Part shown: positions 1 to 11,204 of the stretch, piece after piece
How the letters are laid out: the number at the start of each line of letters is the position of its first letter
Position numbering within the stretch: the stretch's first letter is position 1
Origin: Octopus sinensis
Taxonomy: Eukaryota
Assembly (NCBI RefSeq): GCF_006345805.1
Contig: NC_043006.1
Coordinates: forward strand, 50,778,001 to 50,842,000
Direction of reading: 5' to 3'
Length of the DNA: 64,000 nucleotides
Position numbers and translations under genes: made by a program
Notes under the pieces: model-generated
What the model saw: only the letters and a program-made list of their open reading frames with translations
Databases searched by the model: none
What the model was told of the DNA's origin: nothing

Positions 1-15
1 ATATATATATATATA

Positions 16-582
16 TAAAACATTATTGGTGAATTGAAGAAATGGAGCTGAACGCAGATTGAACAGAATCGTTTTATTTCATTCTACACGTGTTTCGAAA
101 GGCACAAATTACCAAAATCCGATTGAATAATGGGACCATATTGTGTCTTTCTCTTCAGGAAGAAAAAAGGAAATCCGTTGGAAAAACAAAAACAGAACAG
201 AGGCAGAGCAAAAAACAAATCGAATGTGCTCCTAAGAGCCCATGGGCTCTTAGGAGCACAGTTCGATTTGTTTTTTGCTCTGCCTCTGTTCTGTTTTGTT
301 TTTCCAACGGATTGCTCTGCCTCTGTTCTGTTTTTGAATGGTAATTTGTGCCTTTCGAAACACGTGTAGAATGAAATAAAACGATTTCTGTTCAATCTGC
401 GTTCAGCTCCATTCTTCAATTCACCAATAATGTTTTAATTTCAATTATCCGCACCAACGCACGGTTGCAACGCCAGATGGTTGTACCTCCAACCGTGCTG
501 TTCACTGCTGTGATTTTTGCTACTAAGGTATCGGTTAAACTTTTGATTAATCTACTACAAGATTATTCATCTTCTATTTCAC

Positions 583-587
<5 letters not shown>
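16..587. mobile_element. Fold-back (inverted) Penelope-like pLTR-type repeat, copy 1
   Basis: Palindrome 16-437 centred on GAGCCCA|TGGGCTC (242/243), with inner arms 172-312 and outer arms ~16-114/338-437. A tail runs to ~587 and (TA)n flanks both sides. It contains a hammerhead motif; the PLE assignment is inferred from the HHR plus inverted architecture. Confidence 0.65.
77..165 (-). ncRNA. Minimal type I hammerhead ribozyme
   Basis: Minus strand: tttcttc-CUGAAGA-GAAAGACACAA...UUGUGCCUUUC-GAAA-C-ACGU-G-UA-gaaugaaa. The core is intact, helix II is 10/11 bp and helix III is palindromic (ACACGUGU). GUA cleavage predicted between 85 and 84. Confidence 0.8.
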
Positions 588-621
<34 letters not shown>

Positions 622-799
622 CAACCCGGGACCTACATATATATATATATAATATATATGTATGTATAAATGGATATATATATGTATATATATATATATA
701 TATATGATATATATATATATATATATATATGTGTGTATATGTATATAATATATATATATATATTATATATATATATATGTGTGTGTATAAGTATAAATG

Positions 800-823
<24 letters not shown>

Positions 824-832
<9 letters not shown>

Positions 833-1397
833 ATTGGTGAATTGAAGAAATGGAGCTGAACGCAGATTGAACAGAAATCGTTTTATTTCATTCTACACGT
901 GTTTCGAAAGGCACAATTACCAAAATCCGATTGAATAATGGGACCATATTGTGTCTTTCTCTTCAGGAAGAAAAAAGGAAATCCGTTGGAAAAACAAAAA
1001 CAGAACAGAGGCAGAGCAAAAAACAAATCGAACTGTGCTCCTAAGAGCCCATGGGCTCTTAGGAGCACAGTTCGATTTGTTTTTTGCTCTGCCTCTGTTC
1101 TGTTTTGTTTTTCCAACGGATTGCTCTGCCTCTGTTCTGTTTTTGAATGGTAATTTGTGCCTTTCGAAACACGTGTAGAATGAAATAAAACGATTTCTGT
1201 TCAATCTGCGTTCAGCTCCATTTCTTCAATTCACCAATAATGTTTTAATTTCAATTATCCGCACCAACGCACGGTTGCAACGCCAGATGGTTGTACCTCC
1301 AACCGTGCTGTTCACTGCTGTGATTTTTGCTACTAAGGTATCGGTTAAACTTTTGATTAATCTACTACAAGATTATTCATCTTTCTATTTCACATAA
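824..1397. mobile_element. Fold-back Penelope-like repeat, copy 2 (tandem duplicate of 16-587)
   Basis: Near-identical to 16-587. The differences seen are single-base indels, mostly in homopolymers. Confidence 0.65.
886..973 (-). ncRNA. Minimal type I hammerhead ribozyme (tandem copy)
   Basis: Same fold as 77-165. CUGAAGA at 966-960, GAAA at 905-902, predicted cleavage 894/893. Confidence 0.8.
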
Positions 1398-1444
1398 TAT
1401 ATATATAATATAATATATATATATATATAATTCAACCCGGGACC

Positions 1445-1475
<31 letters not shown>

Positions 1476-1541
1476 GTGTATATGTATAAATGCATATATA
1501 TATATGTATATGTATGTATATATGTGTATATGTATAAATGC

Positions 1542-1573
<32 letters not shown>

Positions 1574-1760
1574 TTATGTATATGTATATATATATATGTA
1601 TATGTATATAATAATATGTATATGTATATATATATGTATATATATATGTATATTTATATGTATGTATATATGTATGTATATGTATATATATATGTATGTA
1701 TATACATATATATATATATATTCATACATACATACATACATACTCGCGCACACACACGTG
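1396..1760. repeat. Compound (TA)n/(TATG)n microsatellite
   Basis: Directly visible; explains the Y/I/M-rich ORFs. Confidence 0.95.
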
Positions 1761-2072
1761 CTTATTTACATACAGCTCTAAGCTTATGGGAATGTAATGT
1801 TTTAAAGATCAGTCCAATTTTTCTCTATTATAGATGTGTCATATACTTCCTGAGTCATTCTATTGTACATGACTTCGCACTAATTATTATTTTTGTGCAA
1901 TTATTTATTTTTGTAATTGTATGTTACATTTTCCCCATAAATTCTTCATTATCAAAATAAAATTGCCATCGTCACCCCGCAGTTCCGTTTTCTTCAGACT
2001 CGATTACGTTGTTGTATATTTTGACTTTATGTAATTCAAGTCTACATTTTGGCATCATCATTGTCATCTCTT

Positions 2073-2133
<61 letters not shown>

Positions 2134-2253
2134 GTATGATTGTGTATAGAAGAATGTATTACTCAAAGTATTTCAAACTTTGTCTGATTTTCACGTTTTA
2201 TTTACAATCTTATAATATAATGAAATGATAGAATATTAAATGTCCATTCTGAT

Positions 2254-2298
2254 TGAACTAGTAGTTTCATGCATTAAACTATGCAATCTTCAGGTTCA
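2254..2298 (-). ncRNA. Minimal hammerhead-like motif, one helix III mismatch
   Basis: Minus: UGAAC-CUGAAGA-U-UGCAU-aguuua-AUGCA-U-GAAA-CUAC-UA-GUUCA. Helices I and II are 5 bp each. Helix III would be palindromic ACUAGU but for one G>C change. Confidence 0.55.
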
Positions 2299-2432
2299 TG
2301 TAGTAGTGGGGACAGTTATATTTTACAATTTCTATATAATATATATATATATATATATAAATTATAATAGTAGGGAATATAATTCAATTTTGCAATTGTA
2401 AATCAAATTTCCCAATATATAATATATGGATA

Positions 2433-2705
2433 TAATTTAGAGAGAAACCTCTATTAATCAATTCAATATTGAAAGACGTTAGTCACACCATATAGAAAAA
2501 GTCAGATATACTATATAAAACATTAATCTTAAAATCAATAAAGTAAATTAACAATAACTAGTAAATAGTCTATTTACTATTTATTGTTCATGTACTCTAT
2601 TGATTTTTAGAATAATATTTTATATAGTACGTTTAACGTTTTCTATATGGTGTGACTAACGTCTTTCACTGCTGAATTGATTAATAGAGGTTTTTCTGTA
2701 AATTA
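2433..2705. repeat. Imperfect ~270-bp palindrome (fold-back element) in (TA)n
   Basis: TGAAAGACGTTAGTCACACCATATAGAAAA is mirrored by TTTTCTATATGGTGTGACTAACGTCTTTCA; centre near 2569. Confidence 0.85.
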
Positions 2706-2710
2706 TTATA

Positions 2711-2757
<47 letters not shown>

Positions 2758-2758
<1 letters not shown>

Positions 2759-3574
2759 GAGTTCTGATCAATAAATATCCGGACTGTTGCCATAGTAACG
2801 AAGCTAAAAGACAGAGTGTAAAGCCGCCTGTACAGTAAGTTTTAATGTTCTAGCTCACTTCCTGTGTTTACAGCAGAGCATGGAATAACGTGTAACTTGT
2901 GATCGTCGCATTGGCCATGACAGAGAAAGTTGACCTGGAGATGCCTGTTCAAAAGCCTATGCAAAATGTATGGAGCGGAGTGTATGAGTTATACACAAGC
3001 ATACGAGTGGTTCAGATGATTCCAAGATGGCCGAAAAAATGTCGATAGTGACGAACGTCTGGGGACCCGCAACCAGCAGAACTGAGAAAAACATGGCAGA
3101 TGTGCGTGCAGCAGTGAGGGGAAATCGTCGACTCAACATCTGTGAGTTATCAGAAGATGTGTAGATTAGTTACGGTTCAGTTCAGTTCATTATACCTGAA
3201 GATTTGGGTATGAGACGCGTGTCTGCCAAGTTTGTGTCAAAACTGCTTTCAACTGACCAAAAAGACACTCGGGTCTCAGTTGCACAAGATCTCCTTGGTT
3301 GTGTTGAGGATGAGGAAAACTTGTTGAAAACTTTGCGTAGGCCTCTGAGCAGGTAACGCCAAGCTTTTGGCCAAATTTGATGCAGATTCTCTGCTCAACT
3401 TTCTCCGTCGTGGTCAATGCTCCGACCACACGTTACGTTACTTCCAAGCACAACCGTAAACAGCGGAAGTGAGTCAGAGCGTTAATACTTAGTGCGCATG
3501 CACAGCAGAGGTCAGGGTCAATAGGTGCCAAGCGGCTTTACTCTGCGTGCTTTAACTTCGTTACTATGGCAACA
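2758..3574. mobile_element. Mariner-family non-autonomous derivative built from two inverted 5' ends
   Basis: Starts after TA with CGAGTTCTGATCAATAAATATCCGGACTG. TGTTGCCATAGTAACGAAG is mirrored at 3556-3574. Transposase N-terminus appears on both strands (plus: YEWFR*FQDGRKNVDSDER; minus: TEKVEQRICIKFGQKLG). Confidence 0.75.
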
Positions 3575-3594
3575 TAAGTGGGCTTACGAGGGAG

Positions 3595-3745
3595 GGGTGA
3601 GAATTTACAAAGAAACAAAAGACGAAAACGGGTTGTAAACAACAAACAGATGGGAAGTGAGAAAAATCTTTTACGTTTCGAGCCTATGCTCTTCGATAGA
3701 AAGGAACACAGAAATAAACAGGGAGAGAAAATAAACGGAATGATA
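3595..3745 (-). mobile_element. Short Penelope-like repeat with degenerate hammerhead (3668-3703)
   Basis: Minus: cuuu-CUAUCGAA-GAGC-auag-GCUC-GAAA-CG-UA-aaag. A homologous copy lies on the plus strand at ~36185-36371. Confidence 0.5.
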
Positions 3746-3772
3746 GAATACGTGTGTGTGTGTGTGTGTGTG

Positions 3773-3812
<40 letters not shown>

Positions 3813-3934
3813 ACACAAATATATGTGTATATGCATATTTATATAGAGAGAAGTGTGAATGTATGTTTCGCTAATTCTGTAAAACGTTTGAAATGCATTG
3901 TTCTCGTTGATATATAAAGTGCTATCTACGTCTA

Positions 3935-4212
3935 TTTGGCACAAATTCAATCGGGCCCTATTGCCAAACTGCTAAGTTATGGAACCTTAACAAACAGCTC
4001 TACAATCGGTAGTGGTACAAACAGAAACACAAGTGCACAAACATACGCATACTCACACATAGACAGACAGGCAGACAGCAAGGCTTTCTACACAGTTTCC
4101 GTCAACCAAATTCGCTCGGGGCTAAGGTAGATAACACTTGACCAACGTACTGCGCAATTGTATTAAGCACGAGATGACGTGGTTACAAAACCAGCTTTTT
4201 TAACCACACATC
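3935..4212 (-). mobile_element. Diverged copy of microsatellite-bearing tRNA-SINE (family B)
   Basis: Similar to 17227-17598 (ctaagttatgg, cagtttccgtcaaccaaatt, taaccacac). Confidence 0.6.
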
Positions 4213-4606
4213 TACGTTTGCGAGAATATATATACATGTATATTCTTATATATGTATACATATATTTATATGCATATATGTACGTAAATAGCTTCATAGA
4301 GATACTATTATTCTACATACAAGCATGAGTTTCAATGTGACTGTATCTATATGTGTATTTCTGTGCGTACAACTCCTTTATAAAGTATTCATTCTTCAAG
4401 TATATTAATTTACGTACGTGACAAATTTTTAATAACTTAATGGAAAAATCGATATCTAATGTATGAAATTTCCGCTGATATGTATATCAATGTTTGTGTT
4501 TATAACGGAATAATCTGTGAGCGTGCTTACTTATGGAATTATGCAACTTTTTAAATGTATATATTTGTATTCTCGTATGTATATAGACATTGATATATAT
4601 ATATAC

Positions 4607-4824
<218 letters not shown>

Positions 4825-4900
4825 CCGTACATTCACATACATGTATGTATACCCACTGAAATATCGCAAGGGGAGAAATTCGAATAATTATTAAGCAGAA

Positions 4901-4998
<98 letters not shown>

Positions 4999-5093
4999 AC
5001 GATTTCTTCTTAAATAAAGAAATTGTCATTGTCATTATGATAATTATTATTATCGTTACTGCTGTTATTGTTATTAATAGGGGAGCATAACGG

Positions 5094-5458
5094 TATGTGC
5101 ATCTCTGATCACGAGCAGAAGCAGTGGGGGAGCATCACAGCCATGTGTTGAGAGGTATTCTTTGGAGTTTGAATAATTCACCTCTGGAAACATGGGTGTT
5201 TCGTTCATCATCCTTAAAGATGCCTTATTCAGGGACCTTTTGAGTGGAATGAAATACTCGACCCGAAGAATATCCTAACTGGATCCCACCTGTTTATCAT
5301 GTACTGTTTATCTTAACACGAGATCATATCCCACACTTATTGTCGTGATGCATGTGCCTGGTGTACCCTTATCAGATGGGTTGTCATGATGGGTATACTG
5401 GGTTTCGTATATTTGTTCCCAAGTGTCATTTTGATGGCATACACTGCTCTCTCACTCA
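5094..5458 (+). mobile_element. 5'-truncated copy of 570-bp TAA-associated non-coding element
   Basis: Homologous to 9316-9885 (-) and 43887-44432 (+); ends ...ctctcactca followed by a TAA-rich tract. Confidence 0.8.
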
Positions 5459-5477
5459 ATACTACTAATAATAATTA

Positions 5478-5656
5478 TTTCAAAATTTGACACAAGGCCA
5501 GCAAGTTCAAGGGACGGGGAAGCGATTACATCACTCCTAGTACTCAACTGATACTTATCGACCTCGGCGAAATTTGAACTCAGAACGTGAAGACGAATGA
5601 AATAATGCTAAGCATTTTGCCCAGCGCGCTAACGATTCTGCCAGCTCGCCGCCTTG
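5478..5656 (-). mobile_element. tRNA-derived SINE family A (internally deleted)
   Basis: Reverse complement of the head GGCGGCGAGCTGGCAGAATCGTTAG...GAGTTCAAATT (A/B-box-like). Confidence 0.75.
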
Positions 5657-6639
5657 ATAACAACAATAATAATATGAAATTAAGGTGCACTAGCAGAATC
5701 ATTAGGTAGTATTTGTTCCGGCCTTTTACATTCCTCTACAAGACCATAGAATAATTACAGAACTTTGTCCTACAGAGGATGTTGAGGGGAATAAATTAAA
5801 GCTCAGCATCCAATGTAGATGAGCCAGCTGTTTAGACGTCGAAGGAAAACCTATCTGAAAGATTTCTGTAGAGAAAGTTAAACAGAACAAAAGTAATATC
5901 AAATTATGAATGATGTCGGTCCTACAGCAACACCAGACACACATGATGAGTCGGTAAAATTAATTACCCTAACTTCCTTCATTATCAGAAATTAGTCACG
6001 AGACCTAAAATCCCCCTCTCCTAGTCATAACAGGCAAAATCAAGGAGAATCAAGCATAGTAACAACCGCTAAAACTAACGGCCACGAATACCACCATGAA
6101 AGCAGCAGTACCGCACTTATTTATGAGGATTTGAACCAGGTAGAAATTCTCAGACATAAACAGAATTATATAGAGAAAATTGAAACGAAAAAGGACTCAT
6201 CAGCAAAATCAGAAAGATTTTTAAAAATTGCAAAGTGGTCTAGAACTGGGAAGAACAAAGTCTCTGCGATATGACTTATAAACGAGAAGCAATATTACAA
6301 ACGATAAACTAACCTCCGACGAATATTCGCAGTAAAAATAAAGTTCTAAGAGTATACACGAAGAATGTTGAAACCAAGTACGGGAAGAGATAGAAATGGG
6401 ATTAAATCTAAAACAGCAAAAGGACAGGTTAATAGTTCAAACTTCAGATCGACTGTACAAGAATTATGTTTTCAACCCAGTAGACGTAGCGCCTCTGTAG
6501 ACTTGCTGTAGACTTTCAACCCAGTAGACTTGCTCGATGCTGTTCGAGAACAACTCACAGGACAGTTTTGAATTTCTAATCTGCTACTAATAGACGAAGT
6601 TAGCACTGTATGAATATAATCAGAAGTACCCTGAACAAC

Positions 6640-7100
6640 ACAAGCGGATATTTATACATAAACATTTCGTCTTAACTATTGTGTTTTATTATATCTAGTT
6701 TCATGCGTTGTTTTAAGAACATTCAGGTTTGCCTTATGTAGCTGTCTCTAACTCCTGAGCATGCAACAGCATAGATTTATTTCCAGATGCACCGGTGAAG
6801 CTATTTTTGATTGTGCATAGTTGCCTTGTTTAAAACAGATCTCTGATCCTTCTGAGAGATTTAAACATATATCACAGTGGGATCTTCCGCACATTTTTAC
6901 TGTTGTGTTGTTGTCATTGCGTGAAGTTTGGGCTTTCTTACAATTTCTTTTATTAACTTCGGCTGTCTTTTGCTTTTTCAGCGTCGGTATGGTTTGAAAT
7001 ATGATGTTGTAAACTTCTTTGTTTTTAGCTTGAAATGTAAAGTATAATTTTCCATTCCGATATATTTCTTTGTTTTGTTTGTCTTAATCCCTGGATATTG
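6640..7100 (-). pseudogene. Penelope-like element GIY-YIG endonuclease fossil
   Basis: Minus translation with frameshifts: KMCGRSHCDICLNL...IYAVACSGVRDSYIRQT*MFLKQRM. This matches the CxxxxCxxC...NxIYxxxC...YIGQT...LxxR pattern of PLE endonucleases. Confidence 0.65.
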
Positions 7101-8589
7101 ATTTTCATGGCTCGTTTTATTCCAGGATCGATTAAAGGATGTCCTTAAGTCAACGCATAAATCACAAATTAAAATACTGGAATATAGTTAAACAGAATGC
7201 ACTGAACATATTGACACATGTGCCGGTTTGAAGCAAGCTAATTTCACGTTCTACTCCTTATGCTAATTTGCTGATTGCTCAAAGCAACGACTTAAATCAT
7301 ATTAAAAACAATTGAAATCAGTAGTATATATTGATAATAAGGTCGATATTTTCCTTCTTTTAAAATTCTCAATGTATTTTTTCAATACAGACTTATAGGT
7401 ACACGCACACTAACACACACACACAAAACCTTAACGTGTTTTGAAATACTTATGAGTTGGTGTTTATTGTTCCATGTATCTACGAATGGGTGCTTACAGT
7501 GTGTAAGTGAATTGGTGGTTGCAGCAGTATATATATTTGTGAGTGTATAGCTGTGTATAATGAATGTGTATAGCTGCATATTCATATGAGTAGTTTACAT
7601 ATACATATATCTGTGTGTGAGTATCTGAATGGGTATTATCAACTGTATATATATATGTATAATATATGTGTGTGTATTTATGTGTATATAAATGGATGTT
7701 TAATGCTCTGTGTGTGTGTGAATGGGCATCTATTGGTGTGTATGTATGTGTGCATCTAAATTTATACGTTTGAATATGTGTGAATATTTCTTTATAGGCG
7801 TGTACTGTACCTATGTATTTGCATGGTGTTAATAGCTGTATATGAGTGTGAATGGATGTATATAGGACTGTGTGTTTGTATATATTGTGTGCGTAGCTGA
7901 ATGGGTGTTGATAACTATGTGTGTGAATGTCTACATGTGTGTATGTAATTTACTTATGAATTTATGGGTGCGAATATTTTTTATGGGTGTGTGTTTATGT
8001 ATATGAATGAGTGTTAACTCCTGTGTATATATACAAATTAATGTTCATGACTATGTGTATGTTCTTGGCTGTATGTGTGTATCAACGAATGTTTATAGAT
8101 GTATGTATATCTAAAAACGTATCTGCATGAGTAGCTATAGCAGAATTGGTGTTTAAAGCTGTATGTATGTGTGAATGGATGTTTAAAGATGCATGTATAG
8201 TTGTTTATAGCACTTTATATGTGCGTGTCTCTAGTTACGTATATATATGAGTGTCTAGCAATGCAGAGGCATTATAGTGTAGTATGATTCAAAGTTATGA
8301 TGCGTCAAAACGTAAACCAATATAACTGGCTTAGTTAAAGGAGGCAAAGTAAAATGCGCAATGAATAATAGAATGGATTATGGAGCTCAAAGTGAGATTC
8401 AATTGAACTGTAAGTAGAAATTTTAAAAATAATTCGCGTATTAATATTGTTTCTTCTGTTGTCTTCATAATTACTATATTACATGCTAATTTCAATTTTC
8501 GCGAATGTAAACATGTAATCAAGATTGACCACATTCCGAAAATTCTTCTGTAAGGCCAAAACGTGGAGGGATATCGCGTCAAAGGAGGA

Positions 8590-8910
8590 CTAGTGGAAAG
8601 CGTCCCTTCCACAGAAAGCGGAAGAGTATGCGCTCCAGTTTAGTCAAGCGTTAACTGGAGCAAGGCATGACGCCAGGCAATGATATATAACGGAGGTGGT
8701 GTATGAATTTGCCATCTTTGCCCGACCTGTCAGAGATAATTTTCCCTCGACCCATTTCTGGGTCGAGGGAAAACATGAGCAAAAATTAACCAAGAAAAGT
8801 CAATGAGCTTACAGTTCGGGACATGGAGAGGCAGATCCATGCCGTCTAGTAACGTTATGGGATGACGGACAAAAGGACCGGTTAAATTACTCGAGGGTTT
8901 AGTCCTTAGG
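8590..8910. mobile_element. Tx1/L1-clade ORF2 fragment with internal inversion
   Basis: Minus 8760-8590: QKWVEGKLSLTGRAK...KLERILFRFLWKG. Plus 8777-8905: AKINQEKS..QFGTWRGRSMPS..GPVKLL. Both match the Tx1 ORF2 at 62200-62600. Confidence 0.75.
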
Positions 8911-9315
8911 TATAAGGATAAGTTGAAGCCATCACTAAAATCTTTACAGTTTAACCGAACATCTTAGACAAGTCACTGCCTAGATCAATCTGCATGGCGT
9001 AAAATGTGTCACGATGCAGCCAAACAATTTGACTTGAAGAAAAAGAACAATAGAAGAACTATATCCTGCAATCAACAGACATAATTGCCCAATCCCAGAC
9101 AAAATCAAAATCATCAATGTCTCCATTGCAACTTTATAGCAAAATCCATACTGGGACTGAAATCGCATTCACGCATCCATCGCAAATAGATGCGGCATCT
9201 TAGTTTGTTTGTTTTCTCTCTATTACTCTCTTCAAATCCGCTCCTTCAAACAATCATACATCGCAGCCCATGGAGCGACCATTATTGTTATTAATATTAT
9301 TATTATTATTATTAT

Positions 9316-9885
9316 TGAGTGAGAGAGCAGTTCATGCCGTCAAAGTGACACTGGGGTAAAATATACGAAGCCCAATATACCCATCATGACTACCCGTCTG
9401 ATAAAGGTACACCAGGCACATGCATCACAACCATATGTGCGCGACAGTCTCATATCATGCTGTTTATCTCATATCAAGATAAACAGCACATGACCTTGCA
9501 GGTCGGGCCCAGTTAGAATTTTCTTCATGTTGAGTAGCCCATCCCGCTCAAACGGTCCCTGAATAAGGGTTGTTTAAGGATGTTGAAAGAACCACCCATG
9601 TTTCCAGAGGTGAACTATTCAAACCCCAAAGAATCCCTCTCAACACATGGCTATGATGCTCCCCCACTACTTCTGCTCGTGATCAGAGATGCACATATCG
9701 TCAGCCACTAAGGGACATGCTCAACTGGTTAAGGTCAAACAACTGACAATCAAATCTGTGGTATTGAGCAGAATATTTGCTGTAGCCCAACTTTTATACC
9801 AAGACAAAACAATGTACATGATAACACTTCCAATCAGTTAAGATCAGAAGCCATGAGAGCCGCTGCCTGGTACTGCATCAGGGCA
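9316..9885 (-). mobile_element. 570-bp non-coding element inserted in (TAA)n
   Basis: Full-length copy with (ATT)n on both sides; two more copies are in the window. Confidence 0.85.
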
Positions 9886-9901
9886 TTTATTAATATTATT
9901 A

Positions 9902-9979
<78 letters not shown>

Positions 9980-10769
9980 GTTCAGCAACTTCATACCAGT
10001 TTCCAAAATACGATCTTTATATTTCTGAAAAGTCTATAAGATTTTTTTCTAGTAGTGTAGGCTCATGTTGCTACGCTTTGTTAAGGGATTTATTGTGAAG
10101 TTTATGGTGTTATTTTGATATATCGTTTCTATAATGTACAGAATATGTACAATGTGAATTGTTCATGCATTATAGTGTAGGATAGATGATGATTGTACCA
10201 TGTATGTACTGTGTGCGCTGCTTGTTCTAATGTGTAGTAGTCTAGTATTTATTTAGAATATGTGTTGTATCAATTATTGATGGTTGTGGCGTGTATCGTA
10301 GTAACAGCTGCTGAGTACATGATTTGCTATACTGATGTATGGTGATCGTATAAAATATTTCTCTATGGTGAATTATTTTATTGAAAAATGATTGTATTGA
10401 GTATGTTTTGTGAAAAATGCGTATTATGTGAGTTAATTTATGCTATTAAATTAAAAGCATCTTACGTAATATTCGTATAACAATAAGTTCTGCTTTGGTT
10501 GTTATATTTTCGTTTATGTTAATTTTTATTATATCTATCCTCAAATTATTGGTTCTGTCTTCACTTTCATACAACCTCTCACGTATTGCAGTATTTGACA
10601 GTTTTTCCAACTCTTCATGACAACATGTTGGTTAAAGAGATCCGAGTACAGTCGATGTAACTATACCTGGATAGTTTACTTTGATCTTCTTTGTCAGTCT
10701 AGGCAGGCATGCGACATAAGACACTAACGGAACTGTTGTTATGTTGTGCATTTGTCATCTGATATATAA

Positions 10770-10984
10770 GAGGGGTTACTGAAGACTTCCTGGCTTTCAT
10801 GGTGTCATAAAAAGCCTGGTTATAGGGTCAACCTTTCGAGTTCTTTTACAGGGCTTAGAAAAACTGAAGGGCCGCTGCAATAAGTGTGTGAATCTGAGAG
10901 GGGGATATGTTGAATAAAATTATAATTAACTAACCCTCCTGTATTTTCTTTTACCCAAGGCTAGGAACTTTTCAGCACCCCTCA
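10770..10984 (+). mobile_element. Mariner-derived MITE
   Basis: Imperfect TIRs GAGGGGTTACTGAAGACTTCCTGGCTT / AAGGCTAGGAACTTTTCAGCACCCCTC. Retains the transposase C-terminus LQGLEKLKGRCNKCVNLRGGYVE*. Confidence 0.8.
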
Positions 10985-11070
10985 TATATATATATATATA
11001 TACATTATCACTGTGGAAACCATGTAGGCAGACGGTAAGAAGCTTTTGTTCGTCTCGAGGCTGATAGAGG

Positions 11071-11169
11071 TTCCTTGTATTTCCTGATGAGAAGACGGCA
11101 TAATGCAACCTTCATTCCTTCGGAATTAAGAATATGCAGTCTTCGAAACATATGTCGAAAGTAAAGGAA
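11071..11169 (+). ncRNA. Type I hammerhead ribozyme, full consensus core
   Basis: TTTC(11080-83)-CTGATGA(11084-90)-GAAGAC.GCATA...TATGC.GTCTTC-GAAA(11145-48)-C-ATAT-G-TC-GAAA. Distal helix I TTCCTT/AAGGAA. GUC cleavage after 11156. Sits in a ~200-bp unit between (TA)n tracts. Confidence 0.88.
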
Positions 11170-11204
11170 TTTTGATAAAATCTTCGTTCGACTCCATTCT
11201 TTTC

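Noticed and set aside
84-1204. Overlapping 70-111 aa ORFs on both strands
   Set aside because: By-products of the palindrome; frames differ between the two copies and no domain is recognisable.
1476-1960. Y/I/M/C-rich ORFs here and throughout (also poly-N, -I, -K, -H/T)
   Set aside because: Translations of microsatellites.
6190-6205. CTGATGAGTCC on the minus strand
   Set aside because: No matching GGAC-GAAA downstream, so no hammerhead fold.
9650-9720. HDV-like ribozyme fold in the 570-bp element
   Set aside because: P3 is mismatched and there is no P1.1 CC/GG pairing.
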